Shown: piece after piece, positions 16,125 to 26,213 of the stretch
Numbering within the stretch: position 1 is the first letter of the stretch
How the letters are laid out: every line of letters begins with the position of its first letter
Notes under the pieces: model-generated
Databases searched by the model: none
Seen by the model: only the letters and a program-made list of their open reading frames with translations
What the model was told of the DNA's origin: nothing
From: a virus
Virus genome (UHGV): UHGV-1353943
DNA length: 32,893 nt
Reading direction: 5' to 3' (one strand)
Program-made: the position numbers and the translations under genes

Positions 16125-16622
16125 ATGAAAGCAATCACGCTTTTTAATACACCGATCCGTGTTGATGAATCAGGAATGATCTGCCTCACTGATATGTGGA
16201 AAGCCAGTGGTAAAAGTGAATCTGAATCTCCGTACCACTACCTGCGAAACAAGCAGACCAAAGAGTTCTTAGCCGAGCTGGAGAAAAACCACGAATCTGT
16301 GGTTTTTACTGAGCGCGGTGTACACGGTGGAACATATGGCGGGAAGTTTGTTGCTTACGATTATGCGGCTTGGTTAAACCCCGGGTTCAAGTACGCGGCC
16401 TATAAAGTCCTCGATGACTACTTCACCGGAGAACTTCAGCATCGCAACAGCTTAAGTGCGCAGCTCAACATGAAATGTCATGAGTTTGACCAGAAGAAAG
16501 ACATGGCGAGCTTCTGCGGACAAGGGCTGGCAGCATGGCGCTATACGAAGCCAGTGTTGGTCGCTGAGATTAACTCCCTGGCTAACCAGCTGCAGATTAC
16601 GATCCCCGGGCTTCCGGGATGA
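16125..16622 (+). CDS. KilA-N domain protein; accessory gene
   Basis: ORF 16089..16622; AAAGGTAAAG RBS before ATG 16125; KilA-N-like N-terminus ending in YAAWLNPGF. Confidence 0.55.
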   Translation: MKAITLFNTPIRVDESGMICLTDMWKASGKSESESPYHYLRNKQTKEFLAELEKNHESVVFTERGVHGGTYGGKFVAYDYAAWLNPGFKYAAYKVLDDYFTGELQHRNSLSAQLNMKCHEFDQKKDMASFCGQGLAAWRYTKPVLVAEINSLANQLQITIPGLPG

Positions 16623-16888
16623 GTGATCGTGTTATTGAATGCGCCTCCAGAGCGGGGCGCGACTTCTCAGAGTTCATGAAAGGCGAGAAGGGCATGATGG
16701 AAGCATTGGCCTCGGTGGATGAGTTTGGCGAGCAGCTGCGCCTCAACGGCTGTGTCAATCATCACTTTGTTAGCTACATGATGCGGAACTCGATCATGCA
16801 GGCATTCATGGACATGGCAAAAGCCGAGAGGAAAGAAGAGCGCCGGCGTAAGCGAGCGGAAGCAAAAGCAAAAGCAAAAGTGAAGTAG
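16619..16888 (+). CDS. Hypothetical protein with K/R/E-rich C-terminal helix
   Basis: 89 aa; ATGA overlap with the KilA-N gene; C-terminus AKAERKEERRRKRAEAKAKAKVK. Confidence 0.45.
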   Translation: MSDRVIECASRAGRDFSEFMKGEKGMMEALASVDEFGEQLRLNGCVNHHFVSYMMRNSIMQAFMDMAKAERKEERRRKRAEAKAKAKVK

Positions 16889-17136
16889 GCATTACAAAGC
16901 CCATTTACGGGTGGGCTTGATAATGAAACCGGAATTTATTCTGGGCCACCAGTTAACGGCAGTACCACGAAACAACCCAAGCCAGTAAGTGGGGAAATAA
17001 CACTGGCAGCCACTGAAAGATGAACCTCCTGCCTTATGGCAAAAAAGATTCTTTGTGGTGGCGGACTGATGGAAAGACATCGGTTATTGCAGAGGCCATT
17101 CAATGAGTGGTCTCGACAATGGCTTATACCCTACAC

Positions 17137-17165
17137 GGGATAACTTAACTGATATCCCTTTTAAC
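17137..17165 (+). promoter_or_regulatory. Inverted repeat GGGATA-N10-TATCCC followed by TTTTAA, just upstream of the HNH gene RBS
   Basis: Read directly; function unknown (attenuator or protein-binding site). Confidence 0.35.
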
Positions 17166-17183
17166 GGATAAACGGAGCCAACA

Positions 17184-17681
17184 ATGGCAAAGCTCGCAGA
17201 CAAACAAGAGCTGTTTTCCCATCCGGATGATGTGTATGTCGGAGAGTGTGTGATTTATACCGGCTACATAAATAAGCGAGGGTATGGGCAGAAGCACATT
17301 TCACGAAAGCCGCACTACGCACATCGAATCGCATACTGCGAAGCTAACGGAATTTCGCTAGATAGCATCAAGGACCTGGTTGTTAGGCATAAATGCGATA
17401 ATCCATCATGCGTGAATCCTGACCATCTGATTATAGGTACTGTCGCTGACAATAATCGTGACAGGTCAAGGCGAGGCAGAAACTCATACCCTGACCGTTC
17501 AGGTGAAAAGAACGGAATGGCGAAATTAAAAGAGTGCGATGTCATCTGCATTCGCCGCGAGTATGTGCGCGGGAGTGTAGGTAATGGGCTTAGGTCTTTA
17601 GCAAAGAGATATGGCGTATCCACTACCATGATTGCTGACATCGTTAATCATAGAAATTGGAGCAATGTTTCGGAGGTGTGA
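17184..17681 (+). CDS. HNH endonuclease (packaging-associated)
   Basis: 165 aa; H..R..Y, RHKCDNPSCVNPDHL and GT..DN motifs typical of HNH; directly upstream of the terminase genes; ACGGAG RBS. Confidence 0.75.
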   Translation: MAKLADKQELFSHPDDVYVGECVIYTGYINKRGYGQKHISRKPHYAHRIAYCEANGISLDSIKDLVVRHKCDNPSCVNPDHLIIGTVADNNRDRSRRGRNSYPDRSGEKNGMAKLKECDVICIRREYVRGSVGNGLRSLAKRYGVSTTMIADIVNHRNWSNVSEV

Positions 17682-18237
17682 TTTGAAACAGCTCACACCT
17701 AAGCAGGAACTGTTCTGCAGGGAATATTTAAAAGATTTAAACGCCACTCAGGCAGCTATCAGGGCGGGTTACAGCGAGAAAACTGCTCGCGCCACTGGTA
17801 GCGAGAACCTGTCAAAACCTGACATAGCAGATCGCATTGCTGAGCTAAAGGCTGAACGCAATGAAGAGGTAGGTATAGACGCTGCCTATGTATTGCGACG
17901 GCTGACTGAAATCGATCAGATGGACGTGCTTGACATTCTGCTTGCCAATGGCGAACTGAAGCCGATTAAAGACTGGCCTAAGGTGTGGCGTACAACGCTA
18001 TCAGGAATGGATGTCGTCGAGATGGTATCCGCAGATAGCGCCGCACTTCTGAAGAAAATCAAATGGCCTGATAAGGTTAAAAACCTTGAGTTGCTCGGGC
18101 GTCATGTTTCTGTTCAGGCGTTTAAAGACAATGTCAAAAATGAAGTGACTGGTGCTGACGGAGGACCAGTCAGAACAGAAATTACCAACTTAACGCCGGA
18201 GCAGGCTGCAGAAGCGTATAAAAAAATGATGGGCTAA
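17665..18237 (+). CDS. Terminase small subunit
   Basis: [28 protein letters not shown] is typical of terminase small subunits; start ambiguous (ATG 17665, or TTG 17683 behind a GGAGGTG RBS). Confidence 0.7.
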   Translation: MFRRCDLKQLTPKQELFCREYLKDLNATQAAIRAGYSEKTARATGSENLSKPDIADRIAELKAERNEEVGIDAAYVLRRLTEIDQMDVLDILLANGELKPIKDWPKVWRTTLSGMDVVEMVSADSAALLKKIKWPDKVKNLELLGRHVSVQAFKDNVKNEVTGADGGPVRTEITNLTPEQAAEAYKKMMG

Positions 18238-18239
18238 GT

Positions 18240-19862
18240 ATGCCGTTACCATTTCCCTTCGATTTTAAACATCCTGATTACCAGATGGTTTTTGAATGGC
18301 GGATGGAACGCCTACAGCGCATTCGCCAGAACCCTGAAATATTGCCCGTATTGAAGCAGTTTTACCGAACCAATCCGGCTCAGTTCATCATCGACTGGGG
18401 CATGACAACGGACCCGCGTAATATTGATTATGGCCTGCCGGTGACCATTCCGTTTTTACTCTTCCCTAAGCAGGAGGAGTGGATCCACTGGATTATGGAA
18501 CGCTGGGGCAATCGGGAGAATGGTATTACCGAAAAATCCCGTGAAATGGGGCTCAGTTGGACCGCGATCGGACTGGCCTGCTCGCTTTGTCTCTTCAACA
18601 AAGAAATGGTTATCGGTTTCGGCTCCCGTAAAGAGGAATACGTCGACAGCACCGGTGACCCGAAAGCATTGTTCTGGAAGGCACGCAAGTTCGTGGAAAC
18701 GCTACCTGTAGAGTTTCGCGGTTCGTGGAGCGAGAAGAAGCACGCGCCATATATGCGTGTTGAGTTTCCCGATACTGGCGCGGTCATCAAAGGCGAGGCT
18801 GGCGATAATATTGGTCGTGGTGACCGTACCACGCTTTATCTGGTTGATGAGGCTGCATTCCTTCAGCGTCCTCTGCTGATTGATGCGGCGTTGTCACAAA
18901 CGACGCGTTGCCGTATCGACCTGAGTTCAGTTAACGGCATGGCTAACCCGTTCGCTCAGAAGCGTCATGGCGGGAAGATACCGGTATTCACATTCCACTG
19001 GCGGGATGATCCTCGCAAGGATGAAGAGTGGTATCGCAGGGAATGCGAGAAAATCGATAATCCGGTGGTGGTGGCACAGGAACTTGATCTGAACTACAGC
19101 GCATCAGCGGAAGGCGTCCTGATTCCATCCGAATGGGTACAGGCTGCTGTCGACGCGCATATCAAGCTGGGCATCCAGCCAACAGGCAAGCGACTGGGCG
19201 CGATGGACGTCGCCGACGAAGGCAGGGACAAAAATTCCTTTTCCACCCGTCATGGCTTCCTCCTGGAGAATGTGCGGGAATGGTCCGGTGTGGGCAGCGA
19301 CATTTATCAGTCCGTCGAGAAGGTTTTCGGCTTTTGCGAACAGGACAACCTCGAAGAGTTTCGCTTTGACGAGGACGGGCTGGGCGCTGGCGTTCGCGGC
19401 GATGCACGCGCTATCAACGAACTGCGTAACGCTGCGCGTCGACCGTCAATACTTGCCACACCGTTTCGAGGTAGTGGCGCGGTATTTGATCCGGATGATG
19501 AAGCTGTTCGCGGGGACAACGGGCAAGCCGCACGTCTGAACAAGGACTTCTTCGCTAACGCCAAAGCCCAGAGCTGGTGGCGGTTACGTAAACTTTTCCA
19601 GAACACCTGGCGTGCCGTGGTTGAAGGTATGGCTTACAACCCGGACGAAATCATCTCAATCAGCAGTAGCATGGCACTCAAAGATAAACTCATCATCGAG
19701 CTTTCGCAGCCGACCTATTCCATTAATGGTGTGGGAAAAATCGTTATTGATAAACAGCCTGATGGAACCCGGTCGCCAAACCTTGCCGACTCGGTGATGA
19801 TCAGCTACGCGCCAATGAATTCAGCCCTGAACATCTGGGAGCTGCTAGGGAGACAGGCCTGA
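18240..19862 (+). CDS. Terminase large subunit (ATPase plus nuclease)
   Basis: 540 aa; Walker B-like [11 protein letters not shown]; size and position; stop overlaps the portal start (ATGA). Confidence 0.85.
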   Translation: MPLPFPFDFKHPDYQMVFEWRMERLQRIRQNPEILPVLKQFYRTNPAQFIIDWGMTTDPRNIDYGLPVTIPFLLFPKQEEWIHWIMERWGNRENGITEKSREMGLSWTAIGLACSLCLFNKEMVIGFGSRKEEYVDSTGDPKALFWKARKFVETLPVEFRGSWSEKKHAPYMRVEFPDTGAVIKGEAGDNIGRGDRTTLYLVDEAAFLQRPLLIDAALSQTTRCRIDLSSVNGMANPFAQKRHGGKIPVFTFHWRDDPRKDEEWYRRECEKIDNPVVVAQELDLNYSASAEGVLIPSEWVQAAVDAHIKLGIQPTGKRLGAMDVADEGRDKNSFSTRHGFLLENVREWSGVGSDIYQSVEKVFGFCEQDNLEEFRFDEDGLGAGVRGDARAINELRNAARRPSILATPFRGSGAVFDPDDEAVRGDNGQAARLNKDFFANAKAQSWWRLRKLFQNTWRAVVEGMAYNPDEIISISSSMALKDKLIIELSQPTYSINGVGKIVIDKQPDGTRSPNLADSVMISYAPMNSALNIWELLGRQA

Positions 19863-21328
19863 TGGCACGAAACAAGCAAGCCCTGCGAAGAACTGCGCAG
19901 GCCACAGCTGATGGTTATGAGAATTTTATTGCCCGCGTGGGGATGCAGACGCCTAACCAGCACTCAGCATCGACCTACCGGGCGAACTTCACCAGCCGCA
20001 ACCGCATGCTGGTGGAATGGTCATATCGCGGATCGTGGGTTATCGGCGAAGCGGTCGACGCTATCCCGGATGATATGACCCGCAAAGGCATTCGCATCAC
20101 TTCGGAAATTGATGCAAAAGATCGCGGCATTCTCGAATCACAACTGGATGAGTTGCAAATCTGGGATGCGCTGAACGACGTGCTGAAATGGTCGCGCCTC
20201 TACGGCGGCGCGGTCGGCTTCATCATGATCGAGGGGCAGGCACCAATGACCCCGCTGCGGCTCGAAACCATTGGAGAAGGCAAGTTTAAGGGCATTCTCC
20301 CGCTCGACCGCTGGATGATTAACCCGGTCCTGACCCGCCGCATTAAAGAGATGGGGCCAGATCTCGGCAAACCTGAGTTTTACGACGTGGTGACCACTGC
20401 AACGGGCATCCCGGCCTGGCGCATCCATCACAGCCGCCTGATTCGCTTCGATGGCGTCACGCTGCCATTCCAGCAGAAGATGACCGAAAACGAATGGGGA
20501 ATGTCGGTTGTAGAGCGTATCTGGGATCGGCTTACTGCGTTCGACAGCGCCACTGTCGGCGCGGCGCAGCTGGTCTACAAAGCGCATTTGCGTACCTACA
20601 GCGTGGAGAAGCTACGCGAGCTTATCGCACTTGGTGGTCCTGCGTATGAAGCGCTGCTGAAGAACATCGACCTGATCCGCCAGTTCCAGAGCAATGAAGG
20701 CATGACGCTCATGGACTCGCGGGATAAGTTCGAAACCCACCAGTACAGCTTCAGCGGTCTGGATGACATTCTTTCGCAGTTCGCTGAGCAGATCAGCGGT
20801 GCCGTTGGTATCCCGCTGGTGCGACTGTTCGGTCAATCCCCGAAAGGCTTCTCTACTGGTGACGCAGACCTCGCCAACTATTACGACCGGGTGAGCTCAT
20901 TGCAGGAACGCCGCTTACGGATGCCGATGCGTCGGATACTGGACATCATGCATCGTTCGGAGCTTGGCAAGCCGCTGCCGGACGATTTCACGTTTGAGTT
21001 TAACCCGCTATGGCAAATGTCTGACGTTGACCGCTCAACGGTGGCCGTAAACACTACCAACGCAATCAGTACGGCGCTGGGTGATGGTCTGATGACACTG
21101 AAAGCCGCTATGACTGATTTGCGCGAAAATTCTGACGTAACCGGCATCGGGGCGTCCATTACCGACGAGGACATAGAGAATGCCGAAGACGAAGCGCCGC
21201 CAGGCATCGGCGAACTTGGCGACAAACCGCCAGAGTCGCCAGGCGGAGATCCGATATCGAACGAGCCTACGGCAGATAGCGCGGGCGGTCGGGGATATCG
21301 TAAATGGTCGCTACGATGGTTCAAATGA
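19862..21328 (+). CDS. Portal protein
   Basis: 488 aa directly after TerL; size and order are characteristic. Confidence 0.7.
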   Translation: MARNKQALRRTAQATADGYENFIARVGMQTPNQHSASTYRANFTSRNRMLVEWSYRGSWVIGEAVDAIPDDMTRKGIRITSEIDAKDRGILESQLDELQIWDALNDVLKWSRLYGGAVGFIMIEGQAPMTPLRLETIGEGKFKGILPLDRWMINPVLTRRIKEMGPDLGKPEFYDVVTTATGIPAWRIHHSRLIRFDGVTLPFQQKMTENEWGMSVVERIWDRLTAFDSATVGAAQLVYKAHLRTYSVEKLRELIALGGPAYEALLKNIDLIRQFQSNEGMTLMDSRDKFETHQYSFSGLDDILSQFAEQISGAVGIPLVRLFGQSPKGFSTGDADLANYYDRVSSLQERRLRMPMRRILDIMHRSELGKPLPDDFTFEFNPLWQMSDVDRSTVAVNTTNAISTALGDGLMTLKAAMTDLRENSDVTGIGASITDEDIENAEDEAPPGIGELGDKPPESPGGDPISNEPTADSAGGRGYRKWSLRWFK

Positions 21329-21953
21329 CAGTGTCACCGAAATAATGGATGCGCTGGAGCGCTACAGCGAAATCATCACCCCCTGGGCGACGAAGGTTGC
21401 TGAGAACTTTACCGCCGACATTGCACGCCAGAATGAAAAGCAGTGGCGTCAGCACAGCCGGAACATCAGTGCAGAGCTGCGCAACATGGTCGACCGCGCC
21501 CCGGTAGGCCAGGTGATGAAATCCATCGTCGCCGAGCAAATTAAGTACATCAAGTCACTGCCTCTTGAGGCCGCCGATCGGGTGTATGACATTCAGAACA
21601 AGGCCATCGAGGCCGTTGTGTCTGGTGGCCGCGCTGAACCATTCGCGAAAGAGATAGCAGCGTCCGGTGACGTGTCACGCTCACGAGCGAACCTTATCGC
21701 CCGTACCGAGCTTGGACGTGCAACCGGCGCGCTGGATCAGGCGCGTGCGCTGTCAATCGGCTCGAATGGTTATATCTGGCGTACAGCCGAAGATGGCGAC
21801 GTCCGGCATTCTCATCGGGAGATGGAAGGTAAGTTTGTCGAATGGGGCAAACCTCCAACGCTTGATGGCATGACCGGTCACGCTGGCGAGCTCCCGAATT
21901 GTCGCTGTTATAAAGAAATCGTTTTTCCCAACCCTCATTCTTATCTCGCCTGA
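21180..21953 (+). CDS. Head morphogenesis protein (Mu F / SPP1 gp7-like)
   Basis: 257 aa; RTELGRA...DGDVRHSHREMEGKF resembles Phage_Mu_F; GAGGA RBS before ATG 21180; overlaps the portal 3' end by 149 nt in another frame. Confidence 0.65.
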   Translation: MPKTKRRQASANLATNRQSRQAEIRYRTSLRQIARAVGDIVNGRYDGSNDSVTEIMDALERYSEIITPWATKVAENFTADIARQNEKQWRQHSRNISAELRNMVDRAPVGQVMKSIVAEQIKYIKSLPLEAADRVYDIQNKAIEAVVSGGRAEPFAKEIAASGDVSRSRANLIARTELGRATGALDQARALSIGSNGYIWRTAEDGDVRHSHREMEGKFVEWGKPPTLDGMTGHAGELPNCRCYKEIVFPNPHSYLA

Positions 21954-21967
21954 ATCGCAGGTAAACC

Positions 21968-23188
21968 ATGAAATATTTTTTCAATACCCGGCTGGGGGAA
22001 ACCCGCTATCAGCTGGCTGACGGCTCGCTGCTGTGCAAAGACGTGCCGATAGGTCGAACGGGTAAGCAGCTCTACGTCGCTGCCGATCTGCCAAACCTCA
22101 AACCCGACAAGCTCGGTGAGATAGTCGTAACGCGTTCTCCTGAGCAGGTATTCCATCCGGCCACGCTCGCCTCATTCGAAGGGATGAGCATCACGATCCT
22201 GCATCCTGAAGATGAAAACGGGAATGTGCGGCTGGTAAATCCCGAGAACTGGAAAGAGCTTGCGGTCGGGCACCTCCAGAATGTCCGGCGCGGGACGGGT
22301 GAGCAGTCTGATTTGATGCTGGCTGACCTTATCGTCAAAGACGAAAACGCCATTCAGCTTATCGAAGATGGCCTGCGTGAAGTGTCGTGCGGCTATGACG
22401 CGGAGTACGAGCAGACCGAGCCAGGTAAAGCCGAGCAGGTCGATATTACCGGAAACCATGTGGCTCTTGTCCCCAAAGGCAGAGCCGGAAATCGTTGTGC
22501 AATTGGAGACAGAGACACAATGGCAAATCAAAAGAAAAACTGGTGGAACCGCATGCGTGCAGCCATCAAGACAGGAGATGCCGACACCATGAACGAACTG
22601 GTGGAGTCGGCTCCCGCATCGGTTACAGGAGATGAGGGGGATTTGCCGCAGGGCGTTAATCTCAACATCAACCTGTCCCCGCAGCAACCACTACCGGACA
22701 AAGCACCAGAGATGGGTGGAGGTCCAACCGGCGACAGTGATGATGACCTCAAAACATTACTGAAAGCCCTGCTGGCTAAGCTGGAAGGAAATGCGACGGG
22801 CGATAACGACAATAAGCCTGACGATAATCCGACCGGTGACGGCGAGGACGATGAAGAGGAAACCACGATTACTGGTGACTCAGCCTGGCGTGCCGAAGTT
22901 ATCGTTCCGGGTATCGATCTGAGCCGTAAGATGAAACCGACCGCGTTCAAACGCGAGGTTCTGGCTTCCGCAGATAAAACGCTGGTTCGCCAGATAGTCG
23001 GTGATGCGGATATCCGCAAATTACCGAAACAATCGGTCAACATGGCGTTTAATGCCGTGTCTGAGATTGCCAAAGGGCGAAACACCCGCGCCACCACCGG
23101 CGATGCACAGCGCCCAAACATGGGCATGACCAGCATCGCTTCCCTGAACAAACAAAACGCCGAATTCTGGTCTAACCGCAAAGGATAA
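21968..23188 (+). CDS. Putative prohead protease/scaffold-like protein (DUF2213-like N-terminus, acidic low-complexity middle)
   Basis: 406 aa between the F-like and capsid genes; central D/E/G-rich region like scaffolding proteins. Confidence 0.45.
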   Translation: MKYFFNTRLGETRYQLADGSLLCKDVPIGRTGKQLYVAADLPNLKPDKLGEIVVTRSPEQVFHPATLASFEGMSITILHPEDENGNVRLVNPENWKELAVGHLQNVRRGTGEQSDLMLADLIVKDENAIQLIEDGLREVSCGYDAEYEQTEPGKAEQVDITGNHVALVPKGRAGNRCAIGDRDTMANQKKNWWNRMRAAIKTGDADTMNELVESAPASVTGDEGDLPQGVNLNINLSPQQPLPDKAPEMGGGPTGDSDDDLKTLLKALLAKLEGNATGDNDNKPDDNPTGDGEDDEEETTITGDSAWRAEVIVPGIDLSRKMKPTAFKREVLASADKTLVRQIVGDADIRKLPKQSVNMAFNAVSEIAKGRNTRATTGDAQRPNMGMTSIASLNKQNAEFWSNRKG

Positions 23189-23192
23189 TCCA

Positions 23193-23696
23193 ATGACTGC
23201 ATATCTGTACCGGATGCCTGTTGGCATTGCCGGGGCTATCTCTCGCCCGCAGGACTTAACCGTCGAACCGGTGGTCCTTAAATCCGATAACGCCTTTGCT
23301 GCCTATGGGCTGGCTGGTAAATACGATGCTGACGGTTTTTTCGTACCGCTGGCAGATGGTGATACCGCAGACAAGGTGAAGGGGATCTATGTGCGCCCTT
23401 ATCCGACCACTTCGCAGCCGGACATGGTTCGCCAGGTGGGGAGTGGCAAGAACTTCCCGGGCGACGCAATGAAGCGTGGCTACGTGACCGTTAATCTCGG
23501 TTCTGATTTTGATGCCAGCACCATCAAAAAAGGCGACCCGGTATACGTTGTCGTCTCCCCTGATGGATCCATCAAAGTGCCGCTGGGTGGATTCATGGCC
23601 ACGTCAGTCAGTGGCAAAAACGTGGTGCTGACCAACGCTGAATTCACAGGTGCCGGTGATGCTAACGGCAATGCAGAAATTTCCTGGAAGATTTAA
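23193..23696 (+). CDS. Hypothetical head protein (possibly decoration/structural)
   Basis: 167 aa immediately upstream of the major capsid gene. Confidence 0.4.
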   Translation: MTAYLYRMPVGIAGAISRPQDLTVEPVVLKSDNAFAAYGLAGKYDADGFFVPLADGDTADKVKGIYVRPYPTTSQPDMVRQVGSGKNFPGDAMKRGYVTVNLGSDFDASTIKKGDPVYVVVSPDGSIKVPLGGFMATSVSGKNVVLTNAEFTGAGDANGNAEISWKI

Positions 23697-23707
23697 GGAA
23701 CAGACGA

Positions 23708-24649
23708 ATGATTACTTTTGATCAGGCAACCGTTGACAGCTCTGGTGCCTTTCTCATCGGAGAGCTGGAGCGACTCGACCAGACTCTGAACCTGCCACTG
23801 GTGGGGTACACATGGACCCGCGATATTCAGTTGCGTGAAGATGTCTCTATCGCAGATGACATTTCCAGCTGGACGAATACCAGCTTCGCCGCTGCGGGTA
23901 CTGGCGCAAATCCGAATGGCAAAAACTGGGTAGGCAAAGACTCAACCGCTATTGCTGGCGTAAACGTGGATATCGGCAAATCCGGTAACCCGCTGAACCT
24001 GTGGGGGATGGAGCTTGGCTGGACGGTCATAGAATTGCAGGCTGCTCAGCAGGTCGGACGCCCGATCGATACGCAGAAGTATGACGGGATGCAACTGAAA
24101 TGGCAGATGGATAACGATGAACAGGTATATGTTGGCGATTCAGCATTAAACCTGAAAGGCCTTGTTACCCTGGACGGCGTGCCTGTCAACAACGCTGCCA
24201 AAACGTGGGCAACCTCAACACCGGACGAAATCCGCGCAAGCATTAACCAGGTGCTGTCTGATGCGTGGGCCGCTTCCGGTTACTCTGTGGTTCCGAGTGA
24301 TTTGCTGATCCCACCTGAGCAGTTTGCTCTGTTGTCCAGCATCATCGTTTCATCTGCGGGTAACCAGTCCCTGTTGACGTACCTTCAGACCAACACCATC
24401 AGCTATCACCAGAACGGTGTTCCGCTGAATATCCGCGCGGTTAAATGGCTGAAAGGCCGTGGTGTGGGGAAAAAGGATCGCATGGTTGCGTATACCAACG
24501 ATAAAAAATACGTCCGCTACCCGCTGGTTCCGCTTCAGAGCGTGCCGGTGCAGTATCGCAGTCTGTATCAGATCGTCACTTACTACGGCAAGCTGGGTGC
24601 GGTTGAGCCAGTGTACAAAGAAACCATTTCGTACGTTGATGGCATTTAA
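23708..24649 (+). CDS. Major capsid protein (putative)
   Basis: 313 aa at the expected position; followed by a strong stem-loop. Confidence 0.6.
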   Translation: MITFDQATVDSSGAFLIGELERLDQTLNLPLVGYTWTRDIQLREDVSIADDISSWTNTSFAAAGTGANPNGKNWVGKDSTAIAGVNVDIGKSGNPLNLWGMELGWTVIELQAAQQVGRPIDTQKYDGMQLKWQMDNDEQVYVGDSALNLKGLVTLDGVPVNNAAKTWATSTPDEIRASINQVLSDAWAASGYSVVPSDLLIPPEQFALLSSIIVSSAGNQSLLTYLQTNTISYHQNGVPLNIRAVKWLKGRGVGKKDRMVAYTNDKKYVRYPLVPLQSVPVQYRSLYQIVTYYGKLGAVEPVYKETISYVDGI

Positions 24650-24656
24650 CAGCCAC

Positions 24657-24678
24657 ATGGCCCCCTGGCGGGGGCCAT
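24657..24678 (+). promoter_or_regulatory. GC stem-loop (ATGGCCCCC-TGGC-GGGGGCCAT) after the capsid gene, without a T-tract
   Basis: 9-bp perfect stem read directly; likely mRNA 3' stabiliser or partial terminator. Confidence 0.35.
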
Positions 24679-24691
24679 TAAGGATGACCCG

Positions 24692-24913
24692 ATGGCAAAA
24701 AATAATGCAGTAATACACGTACATACCCCGTTTGTGCTCACGCTTCCCGACGGTTCTCGGCGCGAGTTTGTTAAAGGCCGTCATGCAGTGGAGGAAGACG
24801 TTGCCACGCACTGGTTCACTCGTGCGCACGCGGAAGTATCCGTTGGCAAAGCCACAGACGCGCGTAACGAGGTAAAAAATGCCAAAGAATCAAAGTCTGC
24901 CAGCGGTAAGTGA
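24692..24913 (+). CDS. Hypothetical small protein
   Basis: 73 aa ORF downstream of the capsid gene; overlaps the next gene start. Confidence 0.35.
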   Translation: MAKNNAVIHVHTPFVLTLPDGSRREFVKGRHAVEEDVATHWFTRAHAEVSVGKATDARNEVKNAKESKSASGK

Positions 24914-25286
24914 TTTTCGCCGCGACTTCCCGCAGTTTGCTGACCCTGCCAAATATCCCGAAGCGCAAATCCAGTTTCGTCTGAATCTGGCCGATGAACT
25001 GCTGAGCGAAAACGTCACCGGCAAAAAGTTGTTTCCGTACTTTGCCGGATTGTTCGTTGCACACTACATGACGCTCTGGGCGGCAGACAGCCGGGCGATG
25101 CTGGCTGGCGGGCCGGGCGGTTCAACCAATGGTGTTCAATCCTCAAAGTCTGTTGACAAGGTAAGCGTCAGCTATGACACCAGCGCGACGCTAAACCCTG
25201 ACGCAGGCTTCTGGAATAACACCCGATATGGCGCTGAATTTTATCAGTTGATCACGATGTTTGGTGCAGGCGGTCGCCAGCTATGA
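24879..25286 (+). CDS. Head-tail connector-type protein (DUF4054-like)
   Basis: 135 aa; N-terminal [13 protein letters not shown] resembles DUF4054 family starts. Confidence 0.45.
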   Translation: MPKNQSLPAVSDFRRDFPQFADPAKYPEAQIQFRLNLADELLSENVTGKKLFPYFAGLFVAHYMTLWAADSRAMLAGGPGGSTNGVQSSKSVDKVSVSYDTSATLNPDAGFWNNTRYGAEFYQLITMFGAGGRQL

Positions 25287-25837
25287 GCTTCAAAAGCGGT
25301 GTAACAACGAGGGTGGATAACGCTCAGGCCATTCTGGATGCGCTCAGGTCGCTAACCAAAAAGGATGTGCTGGTCGGCATCCCTTCGGAAGACAGCGAGC
25401 GTGAAGATGTTCCGTTTGGTAATGCCGGGATCGGCTATGTCAACGAATACGGCTCACCAGCACAAAACATCCCCCCACGCCCGCACCTGACCCCCGGCGT
25501 TAAATCGGTAGAGGGACAGACAGTGCCGCAGCTCAAAGCAGCGGCGCAGGCTGCGCTTGATGGTAATGCGTCGGGTGCGGAAAGAGCGCTCAACCGTGCC
25601 GGAACGCTGGCCGCTAATGGCGTCAGGCGTTACATGACCATTACCGGCTTTACACCGCTTGCTGACAGCACTGTTGAAGCCCGCGCACGTCGAGGGCGCA
25701 AAGGGGCGAAAGCTGAGCTTGCCCGACGCGCTGCTGGCGAGTCACCCGGAACCGATCTGGTGAAACCGCTAATTGACACCGGACAGTACCGCAGAGCTAT
25801 TACCCATGTAGTGAGGGATAAAGATGCCGACTCTTGA
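25283..25837 (+). CDS. Hypothetical head-tail joining protein
   Basis: 184 aa in the head-completion block; translationally coupled overlaps. Confidence 0.4.
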   Translation: MSFKSGVTTRVDNAQAILDALRSLTKKDVLVGIPSEDSEREDVPFGNAGIGYVNEYGSPAQNIPPRPHLTPGVKSVEGQTVPQLKAAAQAALDGNASGAERALNRAGTLAANGVRRYMTITGFTPLADSTVEARARRGRKGAKAELARRAAGESPGTDLVKPLIDTGQYRRAITHVVRDKDADS

Positions 25838-26213
25838 TGTAACAGACGTGCTTTTTGACCCCGATTTTTGCGACTTCAACCTGTGGGTAACGCGTCGCGT
25901 GCAAACGGTGGACGATGACGGGATCGGCAGTGACAGCGAAGTTAAAACGCAGTTTGCCGGAGTTGTTACCGTTGACCGCTCCCTGGAGAACCGCCGTATG
26001 CAGTCCGGGCAAGTTATCAGTGGCGCGATTCTTATCGTGACAACTGAGCAACTGACGCAGGGACAGACTGGCCGTGATGCAGATATCGTGACGTATCAGG
26101 GCCGTGATTATCGTGTGACCTTCGTCGACCCGTATACAGCTTATGGGGCCGGATTCGTTCAGGCGCATTGTGAGTTGATGCCGTTTGATGGGGGAATTCC
26201 GGTTGAGCAATAA
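25824..26213 (+). CDS. Hypothetical head-tail adaptor protein
   Basis: 129 aa, position. Confidence 0.4.
   Translation: MPTLDVTDVLFDPDFCDFNLWVTRRVQTVDDDGIGSDSEVKTQFAGVVTVDRSLENRRMQSGQVISGAILIVTTEQLTQGQTGRDADIVTYQGRDYRVTFVDPYTAYGAGFVQAHCELMPFDGGIPVEQ

Noticed and set aside
16892-17080. 62-aa minus-strand ORF in the gap upstream of the HNH gene
   Set aside because: No RBS, odd composition, and it lies in a region better explained as non-coding packaging/regulatory DNA; it is not lambda bor-like.
18428-19606. Several minus-strand and alternate-frame ORFs inside the terminase large subunit gene
   Set aside because: Embedded in a gene with clear ATPase motifs; composition-driven open frames.
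20138-21324. Minus-strand ORFs antisense to the portal gene
   Set aside because: Antisense to a confidently placed gene; no start context.
22172-23202. Long minus-strand ORFs (22172..22687, 22528..23202) antisense to the scaffold-like gene
   Set aside because: They sit entirely inside a plus-strand structural operon, have low-complexity Ser/Pro/Ala-rich translations and no RBS context; likely frame artefacts of GC-rich coding DNA.
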